64,000 nt of DNA. Origin: Planctomycetota bacterium. Lineage in GTDB: Bacteria > Planctomycetota > PLA2 > JAEUHO01. Positions 55,342-64,000 of this stretch are shown here, in pieces. The stretch lies in contig JBFWRP010000011.1 in NCBI GenBank assembly GCA_050248855.1, forward strand, positions 32,001 to 96,000. The letters run 5' to 3'. The notes under the pieces are model-generated. The model had not been told where the DNA came from. It ran no database searches and worked only from the letters and a program-made list of their open reading frames with translations. The translations under genes were made by a program, and so were the position numbers. Numbering within the stretch: position 1 is the stretch's first letter; each line of letters starts with the position of its first letter.

Positions 55342-57699
55342 CTAGTTCTTGATGGTGATCGTGACCGTCGAGCCCTTGGCCACGGTCGCGCCCGGGGCCG
55401 GGTTCTGGATCTTGACCCGGGTCGGGGGCGGGAAGCCGGGGACCTTGACGACCGAGACCTGCAGGCCCTTGGCCAGGATGGCCATCCGGGCCTGGATCTC
55501 CGTCTTGCCGATCACGTTGGGGACCTGGACGAGCTGGAGGACCGGACCGCCGCCCCCACCGGGGCCCACGCCGATCGCGAACGTCAAGCTGATCGTGGTG
55601 TTCTTCGCCACGAGCTGACCCGCCGGTCGCGACTGGGACACCACCCGCGCCAGCGGGAAGCTGTGCGGGCCCGCGTAGGCCCCGCCCAGGTCCGCCGCCG
55701 CGAGCGCCGCAGCGGCCTGGGCCTTCGTCTTGCCGATCAGGTTCGGGACGGTGGTCAGGTTGATCGGCGGGACGACGATGCCGGCGAAGGTGGCCTTCAC
55801 CGTGGAGCTGACGGCCACCAGCGTGCCCGCCGGCGGCTGCTGCGAGCTGACCTTGGCCCCGGGCAGGTTGTGGGCACCCAACCACTGGTGCTGCAGGTCC
55901 GCCGCCGACAGCAGGGCCGCCGCCTGGGCCTTGTTCTTGCCGTGCAGGTTCGGAACGAGGCGGAACTGCAGGCCGGGTCCCGGCGGACCGACGACCAGCT
56001 GGAACACGACCGTGATGACCGTGCCCTTGGCCACCTGCTGACCGGCGGGTCGGCTCTGGGCCGCAACGCGGGCCCCGGCGATCAGGTGCGGGCCCTGCCA
56101 CTGATGCCCCAGCTGGGCGGCAGCCAGCAGGGCGCTGGCCTGGGCCTTGGTCTTGCCGACCAGATTGGGCACCGTCGTCAGGATGGGCGCCAGGCCCTTG
56201 CGCTTGAAGCGCACCGTCACCGTGCTGCCCTTGGGCACGATCGTGCCGGCCGGCGGGAGCGTGCTCACCACCTCCGTGAGCGGTCCGATCCCCCCGATCT
56301 GCAGGAGCAGCGCACCGAGGCCGGCGGTGTCGAGCATGCTCTCCGCCTGCTGGACGGAGAGGCCGACCACGTTCGGCACGGCCACGGGCGGCGCCTGGAT
56401 GTCGTAGCGGAAGGTGACGCGCGACCCGCGCGCGACGCGGTCCCCGGGCGCGACGTCCTGCTGGATGACGCGCGTGGTGCCGGGCTGGAGCGGACCGACG
56501 CGGTCGGCGTCGCCCAAGAGGCCCACGGCGGCGAGTGCGGCGAACGCCTGGCTCTTGGTGCGCCCGATCAGGTTGGGCATCGAGGACGTCGCCGGCAGGC
56601 GCAGGAGCACGTCCGCGCCCGGTGCCACTTCGGCGCCGGCCGGCGGGAACTGGCGCGCGACCCGATCGACCGGCGAACCGGGCAACACGACGAACGAGAC
56701 CTGGGCGCGCAGGCCGGCGGCCTGGATCGCGGCCACGGCGTCAAAGCGCGAGAGGCCCTCCACCGGCGGTACCGCGACCGTGGTCGGCGGCGGCGGCGCC
56801 TTGGAGACGTCCACGCCGATCACCGTGCCGAGCTCGACGGACTGGCCGGCGGGTACGTGCTGCGCGACGACGCGGTTGGGCGCGCCCGATGCATCCACGA
56901 ACACGATGTCGAGGTCGAACCCGGCCTCGGCGGCGAGCGTCTGGGCCTCGCCCAGTGACTTGCCGACCAGGTTGGGAACCTGCGCGGTCAACGCCGGAGG
57001 CACGACGTCGCCGCCGTGGCGCGCGATCGTGATGCGCACGCGCGCACCCGGCACGACCTCGCTGTTGCTGCCCGGGTCCTGGGCCACGACCGTGCCGGGC
57101 GCGCCGGCGTCGTCGTCCACTTCGCTGGCCTCGACGCGCAGGCCCAGCTGCTCGATCTCCGCACGCGCTTCGTCCGCCGTCAGGCCAAGCACCGCGGGCA
57201 CGCGCACCGAGCGGCGCAGCACCCGCAGTCGCAAGCGGTCGTGTGCGTAGAGCGAAGCGCCGGCGGCAGGTTCCTGGCCGACGACGTTGCCGTTCTCGCC
57301 CGTACCGGTGGCGACGTAGGCGATCTCGAGGAAGTACGTTCCGTCGAGGGCATCGACGACGTCCTGCTCTGCCAAGCCGACGACATCGGGCACGACCGTC
57401 TGGATGAGTCGCTCCGCACCGACGACGAGGACGATGTCACTGTCACCCGTGACGGGCGTTCCGGCAGCAGGTGCCTGCTCGAGCACTTCATCGACGCGGT
57501 CCGAGGCGAGAAGCCGGACACGAGCGGAGAGACCGGCCTCGGCCAGCTCGGCACCGGCGTCGGCCTCGGTCTTGCCGACGAGGTCGGGCATGGCGGTATC
57601 GGCCGCGTACGCACGGGGCGCGCCGAGCAGGGCCACGAGCATCGCGGCCACGAAGACGAGCAGCGCACCGGGGCGCGCACCGGACAGACGGATGGACAT
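55342..57699 (-). CDS. Secreted protein made of 11 tandem PASTA domains
   Basis: Signal peptide ...LVALLGAPRAYA. Eleven repeats of (V/M)P(N/D/x)(L/V)xG....A...L...GL....V..Q.P.AG..V..G..V. No kinase, transpeptidase or TM anchor recognised. Confidence 0.88.
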   Translation of the reverse strand: MSIRLSGARPGALLVFVAAMLVALLGAPRAYAADTAMPDLVGKTEADAGAELAEAGLSARVRLLASDRVDEVLEQAPAAGTPVTGDSDIVLVVGAERLIQTVVPDVVGLAEQDVVDALDGTYFLEIAYVATGTGENGNVVGQEPAAGASLYAHDRLRLRVLRRSVRVPAVLGLTADEARAEIEQLGLRVEASEVDDDAGAPGTVVAQDPGSNSEVVPGARVRITIARHGGDVVPPALTAQVPNLVGKSLGEAQTLAAEAGFDLDIVFVDASGAPNRVVAQHVPAGQSVELGTVIGVDVSKAPPPPTTVAVPPVEGLSRFDAVAAIQAAGLRAQVSFVVLPGSPVDRVARQFPPAGAEVAPGADVLLRLPATSSMPNLIGRTKSQAFAALAAVGLLGDADRVGPLQPGTTRVIQQDVAPGDRVARGSRVTFRYDIQAPPVAVPNVVGLSVQQAESMLDTAGLGALLLQIGGIGPLTEVVSTLPPAGTIVPKGSTVTVRFKRKGLAPILTTVPNLVGKTKAQASALLAAAQLGHQWQGPHLIAGARVAAQSRPAGQQVAKGTVITVVFQLVVGPPGPGLQFRLVPNLHGKNKAQAAALLSAADLQHQWLGAHNLPGAKVSSQQPPAGTLVAVSSTVKATFAGIVVPPINLTTVPNLIGKTKAQAAAALAAADLGGAYAGPHSFPLARVVSQSRPAGQLVAKNTTISLTFAIGVGPGGGGGPVLQLVQVPNVIGKTEIQARMAILAKGLQVSVVKVPGFPPPTRVKIQNPAPGATVAKGSTVTITIKN

Positions 57700-58041
57700 G
57701 TTCGACTCCGAGGACCGTGGGCGGTCCGGCGCCGCCATGGCAACCGCCGGGCCAAAGCGGATCATGCCGCCGCCGAGCCCCCCGGCGCCAGCCTGCAGCA
57801 GGCCCGGAATTCCGGGCTTCGGGAGAGTCAGCCCCTCGGGCCAGTCGACGCCCGGACACTGTCCCCGGGCGAGGACGACCGTGCAGCCCACCGGGGCCAC
57901 TCCCGCGCGGTGTCGCCGCGACGTGGAGTGCGCGTGTGCGGTTGGCGCACGAGAACGCCCCGTGGGCGCCGTACGGCGGCCGGCGCTCGCCGCTCGCAGG
58001 AGCCTGGCACGCGTTCCGCGCCGCCAGCTGCGTCTGCGCGG

Positions 58042-58464
58042 CTACTCGACGTCGATGCCCATCGAGCGGGCGGTGCCCGCGATGATCTTGGAGGCCGCGT
58101 CGATGTCGAAGGCATTGAGATCGCGCATCTTCTTCTCGGCGATCTCCTGCACCTGCTTCTTCGTCACCTTGCCGACCTTCGTGGTGTTCGGCGTGCCGCT
58201 GCCCTTGGGGATGCCGGCGGCCTTGCGCAGCAGCACGGCCGCAGGTGGGCTCTTCAGCTCGAACTCGAACGAGCGGTCGGTGTAGACCGTCAGCACGACG
58301 GGAATGATCAGGCCGCGGTCGGCGGCCGTCGCGTCGTTGAAGCGCTTGACGAACTCGCCGATGTTGACGCCGTGCTGACCGAGGGCCGGGCCGACGGGCG
58401 GCGCAGGCGTCGCCTGACCCGCGGGGCACTGCAGCTTGATCTTCGCCTTGACTTCCTTGGCCAT
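58042..58464 (-). CDS. rplK: 50S ribosomal protein L11
   Basis: [40 protein letters not shown]. Confidence 0.99.
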   Translation of the reverse strand: MAKEVKAKIKLQCPAGQATPAPPVGPALGQHGVNIGEFVKRFNDATAADRGLIIPVVLTVYTDRSFEFELKSPPAAVLLRKAAGIPKGSGTPNTTKVGKVTKKQVQEIAEKKMRDLNAFDIDAASKIIAGTARSMGIDVE

Positions 58465-58521
58465 GGCACGTTCGCCTTTCTACGGCATCCCGGGCGGCCC
58501 GGGACCCATGCTTCGATCGCT

Positions 58522-59073
58522 CTAGATGATCTCGACTTGCCAGTATTCCAGCTCGACCGGTGTCTCGCGGCCGAAGATCGTGACGGTCACCCGCACGATG
58601 CCCTTCGCCGGGATCACCTCGTCCACCTTGCCCTCGAAGGACTCGAGCGGACCTTCCTTGATCTTGACGCTGTCCCCCGGCTTGAGCGCGATCTTGAGCT
58701 GCGGAGCACGCTCTTCGTCGCGCTGCATGGAGGCCAGGAGGCGCTCCACCTCGGCCGGGTCCAGCGGGTCGGGGCTGCCGTGGGGTCCGACGAAGTCGCC
58801 GACCCCCGCGGTCTCCCGCACCAGGAACCAGACGTCGCGGGGCACCTTGCCCTCGGCGTCCTCCTCCACCTCGAGCAGGACATACCCGGGGTAGAGCTTC
58901 TTCTTGCGCGTGCGCTTCTTGCCGGCCTTCAGCTCGGTGACGACTTCCATGGGCACGAGCACGCGGGGCACGATGCTCTCGCGGCCCTCGGTCTTCAGGC
59001 GGCGCGTGAGGGCGGTCTGGACCGTCCCTTCACGTCCGCTCTGCACTCGAACCACGTACCAGCGCCTGGCCAT
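58522..59073 (-). CDS. nusG: Transcription elongation factor NusG
   Basis: WYVVRVQSGRE, YPGYV, KOW motif GDSVKIKEGP, IFGRETPVELE. Confidence 0.98.
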   Translation of the reverse strand: MARRWYVVRVQSGREGTVQTALTRRLKTEGRESIVPRVLVPMEVVTELKAGKKRTRKKKLYPGYVLLEVEEDAEGKVPRDVWFLVRETAGVGDFVGPHGSPDPLDPAEVERLLASMQRDEERAPQLKIALKPGDSVKIKEGPLESFEGKVDEVIPAKGIVRVTVTIFGRETPVELEYWQVEII

Positions 59074-59139
59074 TTCCGCCGTCCCCGTTCCGCCAGGAGC
59101 CGACCGCGGTCGGACTCCGGGCACGTTTGCCCTCGCGAT

Positions 59140-59556
59140 CTAGTGGAAGATCAGGTGGAAGACCCGACGCAGGGCCCAGTCGAACCCGTACAGGCTCAGT
59201 CCCAGCACCACGGTCACCACCACGACCACGATCGTGGCGCTCTTCACTTCGCGGCGCGAAGGCCACGAGACCTTGCGCATCTCGCTCTCGGTGTCGATCA
59301 GCGCGTCCACCAGGCGCGGCCGGTTGAGCACGAGATGCACGGCCAGGAGGCCGAGCAGGAACACACCGAAGGCGAGCGCCTTCCAGATGTTCACGTCACC
59401 GATCAACGGCAGGCCCTTGACCCAGACGGCCGAGTCCAGCTGGTTGAAGGTGGCGAAGAACTGGATGGCGCCGAAGGCAACGAGGATCGCGCAGCAGACG
59501 TACGCCGCGATACGCGCCCAGGCGCCTTGGCCCTTTTTCAGGATTTCGAGCTGCAT
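59140..59556 (-). CDS. secE: Preprotein translocase subunit SecE (3-TM type)
   Basis: LIDTESEMRKVSWPSRRE followed by a TM helix; lies between tRNA-Trp and nusG. Confidence 0.95.
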   Translation of the reverse strand: MQLEILKKGQGAWARIAAYVCCAILVAFGAIQFFATFNQLDSAVWVKGLPLIGDVNIWKALAFGVFLLGLLAVHLVLNRPRLVDALIDTESEMRKVSWPSRREVKSATIVVVVVTVVLGLSLYGFDWALRRVFHLIFH

Positions 59557-59620
59557 TCCCGTGGACTCCCGGTCCCGCGCGCGGCCCCCCCTTCGGGGGC
59601 GGCCCACGCCTCGCGAAGCG

Positions 59621-59696
59621 TGGCACGGCCGGAGGGACTCGAACCCCCAACCTGCTGATTTGGAATCAGCTGCTCTACCAATTGAGCTACAGCCGT
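59621..59696 (-). tRNA. tRNA-Trp (CCA)
   Basis: ACGGCTGTAGCTCAATTGGTAGAGCAGCTGATT-CCA-AATCAGCAGGTTGGGGGTTCGAGTCCCTCCGGCCGTG-CCA; 76 nt. Confidence 0.97.
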
Positions 59697-59742
59697 CCGC
59701 GTACGAACCTCGCAACGAACCGCCGTGAGGCGGGCCGCCGCG

Positions 59743-59916
59743 CTACTTCTTCTTGCTCTCCTTGTGGAGCGTGTGCTTCTGCAACCGCGGGCAGTACTTC
59801 ATGAGCTCCAGCTTGTACGGGTTGCCCTTGATGCGTTTCTGCACGCGGTAGTTCAGGTCGCCCGTCTCGGTGCACTGCAGCCAGACGTAGCCTCGTGCCT
59901 GGGCGGCTTTGGCCAT
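59743..59916 (-). CDS. rpmG: 50S ribosomal protein L33 (not in the ORF track)
   Basis: Translated by hand: [57 protein letters not shown]. Confidence 0.96.
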   Translation of the reverse strand: MAKAAQARGYVWLQCTETGDLNYRVQKRIKGNPYKLELMKYCPRLQKHTLHKESKKK

Positions 59917-60057
59917 GGCGCACTCCTCCGGCCCTGGAAGGCCCGCTGCGCGACCCCCCGGACGGCTTCAGGCGAGCCGCCTCGGCTCGCCTTCCGCCCC
60001 CGCGGGGCATCGCGCCGGGACGGCCCCCGAGGGGCCGCCCCGTCGTTCTCGATCGCC

Positions 60058-61266
<1,209 letters not shown>

Positions 61267-61785
61267 GTGTGGCTGTCCTCCGAGGGTCCGTCCGGCCTCG
61301 CGCTCCCTGGTCCAGCGACTCGTGGACCGGTGAAGCGCCGTGGGCTGGAGGGCGACTCCTGCTCGCTGTTGCGGATGTTCGTTACGGAAAAGGTTCGTTA
61401 CGGGGAAAGGGGTGTCGAGGGTTCGGCCCGCGTGGGTCGGTCCCGCCGAGGTGGGCGCCGCGTGGACGGCGCGCGCGACACGTCACGTGGATGACGCAAT
61501 CGCGCGGGGGGCCAAGCAACCTCGGAACGCACGTCCGCACGGACGACTCCCGTCGCTTCCGTGCACTTGCGCCTCCCGAAGGACGGCTCGGCCCACCACG
61601 GCCGCTCCCCCTACGTCACGGCCGGGGCCGCGCCGCCTGGGGAGCGCAGTACGTTACGGACGGACCGGCCGGATGCCGACCTCCGCCCGCGAGATTCCGA
61701 CACGAATCGGGAGCCGCGCCGTCCCGGGCGGCCGGCCGGCCGGGCTACCCCGGGTCACGCTGCCGGCGTCTGCCGAGCTCCCCGA

Positions 61786-61859
61786 CCGGGCAATGTCCCC
61801 CTCCGGGCAATGTCCCCTATCGGGCAATGTCCCCTACCGGGCAATGTCCCCTACCGGGC
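61786..61859. repeat. 17-bp tandem repeat (CCGGGCAATGTCCCCTA) x4.3
   Basis: Units start at 61786, 61803, 61820 and 61837, with a partial unit at 61854. Confidence 0.92.
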
Positions 61860-61958
61860 GCGCTCGGCACCGTCCGGGAGGCCCGGCGTTGCCAGGCCCC
61901 GCACGGCGACCCTCGAGCGAGGCCGCGCAGGGCGGCCAGCCGCCCCGGCCGGACGGAG

Positions 61959-62033
61959 TGGAGCTGGAGGCGGGGATTGAACCCGCGACCTCCTCCTTAC
62001 CAAGGAGGTGCTCTACCACTGAGCTACTCCAGC
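61959..62033 (-). tRNA. tRNA-Thr (GGT)
   Basis: GCTGGAGTAGCTCAGTGGTAGAGCACCTCCTT-GGT-AAGGAGGAGGTCGCGGGTTCAATCCCCGCCTCCAGCT-CCA; 75 nt. Confidence 0.97.
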
Positions 62034-62187
62034 GTTCGTGTGCGACTGCGGCGTTGTCGGGCTGTTCCGAGGTTGGTGCGGACTGCTCCGGCGCTCCGCA
62101 GCCCTGCGCCGTCCGCGCGGCTGCGGCCCACGCTACCCCCCCGTCCGCGCCCTCCATCCAAGCCGCCCGACCCGCGGGCGACCAGGA

Positions 62188-62261
62188 TGGAGCGGGCGAT
62201 GGGAATCGAACCCACGTCAGTAGCTTGGAAGGCTACAGCTCTACCATTGAGCTACGCCCGC
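62188..62261 (-). tRNA. tRNA-Gly (TCC)
   Basis: GCGGGCGTAGCTCAATGGTAGAGCTGTAGCCT-TCC-AAGCTACTGACGTGGGTTCGATTCCCATCGCCCGCT-CCA; 74 nt. Confidence 0.97.
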
Positions 62262-62307
62262 GAAGGCGACGGCCGCGAGCGCGTACGCCCTCGCCCGACG
62301 GCGGCGG

Positions 62308-62335
62308 ATCGTACGGGTCCGGCGCAGGGTTGCAA
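62308..62335 (-). promoter_or_regulatory. Sigma70-type promoter of the tRNA-tuf unit (TTGCAA-16-TACGAT)
   Basis: Near-consensus hexamers followed by a GC-rich discriminator, about 45 nt upstream of tRNA-Gly. Confidence 0.65.
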
Positions 62336-62369
62336 TCCCCGGCCGACGCCGCACGTCTCCGACCGTGCT

Positions 62370-62624
62370 TCAGTCCAGCTCGCGGATGAGGAAGTAGGTG
62401 CCTACGGCTGCGCCGACCTGCAAGAGCAGGCCCGGCAGCGCATTGCCGCCAGGAGGCGGAGGTAGGCCAGGAGGCCCCCCGGCGCAGCCGGTGGTGGGCG
62501 TGGCGATGGAGCCGAGCAACAGCACGGTGGCCATGACGCGTCCCACGCGTGCAAGGACGTTCCTGCGACCGGCGCGTGCTCGCGCGCTCGCGGGCTTCAT
62601 CCCGGTAGACCCGGTCCTCTGCAT
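62370..62624 (-). CDS. Small hypothetical membrane protein or lipoprotein (84 aa)
   Basis: GGGAGG RBS; basic N-terminus, hydrophobic stretch, TTG-C, Pro-rich linker, C-terminal hydrophobic helix LLLQVGAAVGTYFLI. Confidence 0.5.
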   Translation of the reverse strand: MQRTGSTGMKPASARARAGRRNVLARVGRVMATVLLLGSIATPTTGCAGGPPGLPPPPGGNALPGLLLQVGAAVGTYFLIRELD

Positions 62625-63056
62625 GGTCGATACCCTCCCGCCCGTCCAGGGGCCGCGGAACGGGATACCGCTCGACGACCCCAACTGCCACGCTGGAGTG
62701 CGGCAGGATCCCCAGCCTGGGCCCGGATTTCGCTCCGCGACGCGCTGGCGGGGACCAAGGATGACGGCCGCGTGACGGAGGGCACGCGTCCGACCCCTGT
62801 GGTGCGGACGTGCTGCTCGGCCAGTGCCCGGTCCCGCACCCGCATCTGCTCCGCGAGACGCAGTTCACCGCGTGGCCCGCCAAGGCGGGCCGACGCGCGG
62901 CCGCGAGGCGTCGCCGATGTGGGCGCACGACCGTCGCCCTGACGAGCTGATGCCGTGGGATGGCGCGCTGGACCCGCCGGCGTACGCCCCTGGCGGTCGA
63001 GGTTCGAGGAGCAGACGGGAGCCACGGGGGCTGGACGGCTACGACGGAGGAGCGCC

Positions 63057-63770
63057 GTGCAGGAGTACCAACGCGTCTTTGCCGACTTCTTGTGGAACGC
63101 CGGCGCGCTACGCATCGGCGACTTCCAGCTGAAGAGCGGTCGTCGCTCGCCGCTGTTCCTGAACACCGGCCTCCTCGACACGGGCACGCGCCTCGCGCGA
63201 CTTGGCGAGGCGTACGCGGCCACGCTGCTGGACCGGGTAGGCGCAGCGTCCTTCGATGTGGTGTTCGGCCCTGCGTACAAGGGCATCCCCTTGGCGGTCG
63301 CGACGACGATCGCGCTGGCCGCGAAGGGTGTGGACAAGGCGTGCCTGTCGGACCGCAAGGAGGCCAAGACCCACGGGGCCGAAGCCGCGGGCAGCCCCGC
63401 CGCAAGCCGACTGCTCGGTCGGCCCCCGGCGGCCGATGCCCGCTTCGTCCTCGTGGACGACGTGTTGACGGACGGGGCGACCAAGGTCGAGGCCGTGCGG
63501 CTGCTCGGCCAGCTCGCACCCGAAGGCCGTGTCGTCTCGCTGCTCATCGTGTTGGACCGCCAGGAAGTGCGTGCGGACGGTCGCGATGCCGTCGCCTCCT
63601 TCCGCGAAGAATGCAGCGTGCCCGTGCACCCCGTGCTCGGCCTGACGGACTTGATCGACCACCTCGCCAGGACGGGGCGCATGCCGGCCCCCGACCTCGC
63701 ACGCTGCAAGGCCTACTGGGCCGAGTTCGGCACGAGCGCCGCGAAGGCCTGGGCCGCGCGCCGAGGCTGA
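63057..63770 (+). CDS. pyrE: Orotate phosphoribosyltransferase
   Basis: GDFQLKSGRRSPLFLN, FGPAYKGIPL, DRKEAKTHG, LVDDVLTDG; GGAGG RBS before the GTG. Confidence 0.96.
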   Translation: MQEYQRVFADFLWNAGALRIGDFQLKSGRRSPLFLNTGLLDTGTRLARLGEAYAATLLDRVGAASFDVVFGPAYKGIPLAVATTIALAAKGVDKACLSDRKEAKTHGAEAAGSPAASRLLGRPPAADARFVLVDDVLTDGATKVEAVRLLGQLAPEGRVVSLLIVLDRQEVRADGRDAVASFREECSVPVHPVLGLTDLIDHLARTGRMPAPDLARCKAYWAEFGTSAAKAWAARRG

Positions 63771-64000
63771 GCCGGACGCGGCCAGGGCGGGCCGACGTGC
63801 CGAGCCTCGAAGATTCCTCCGCGGCGTGGGCGGGAGGGACGGAAGGCCTGGGCCAAGGCCGCGCCACGAGCAGGCGTGCCTGCGCGCCGACCGGTTCTCC
63901 CGTACCCTCCTGCAGGGCCCGCACGCGACGGAACGAGCGAGATGCGCATGTCTGCCAGGCTCTGGTCCCGCTCCCTGACGTTTCGCCTTTGCGTCGTGAC

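Noticed and set aside
62262..62369. Additional tRNA (Tyr) upstream of tRNA-Gly
   Set aside because: No cloverleaf or TTCGA arm; the region holds the promoter instead.

Overview
High-GC bacterial chromosome segment that is almost entirely core translation and transcription genes on the minus strand. Planctomycetota is inferred from the EF-Tu switch-I sequence '[15 protein letters not shown]', L33 '[15 protein letters not shown]' and RpoB '[13 protein letters not shown]'. Minus-strand order: tRNA-Gly, tRNA-Thr, tuf, rpmG, tRNA-Trp, secE, nusG, rplK, [11x PASTA protein], rplA, rplJ, rplL, rpoB, rpoC, rpsL, rpsG, [rpsN, cysteine-dioxygenase-like gene, aminotransferase, repeat cluster], fusA-like gene, S10/spc/alpha operons, an orphan, miaB. 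Then ribD, ndk-hslVU, aspS-thrS-infC-rpmI-rplT-pheST, a probable 6S RNA and an L,D-transpeptidase. No CRISPR array, transposase, prophage or defence cassette is visible. What is unusual: (i) three distinct families of intergenic hairpin repeats with compensatory base changes between copies, one of them length-locked at 90-91 bp despite divergent interiors, and one carrying an identical 111-bp insert at two loci 40 kb apart; (ii) a rearranged ribosomal superoperon, with no rplC between rpsJ and rplD, a Zn-free S14 moved behind rpsG, and a secreted 11-PASTA protein splitting rplK from rplA; (iii) non-canonical residues at conserved sites (RpoB R529G/T525K in E. coli numbering, S12 R88, EF-G lacking the domain-IV loops). 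All gene calls come from motif recognition by eye; no database searches were run.
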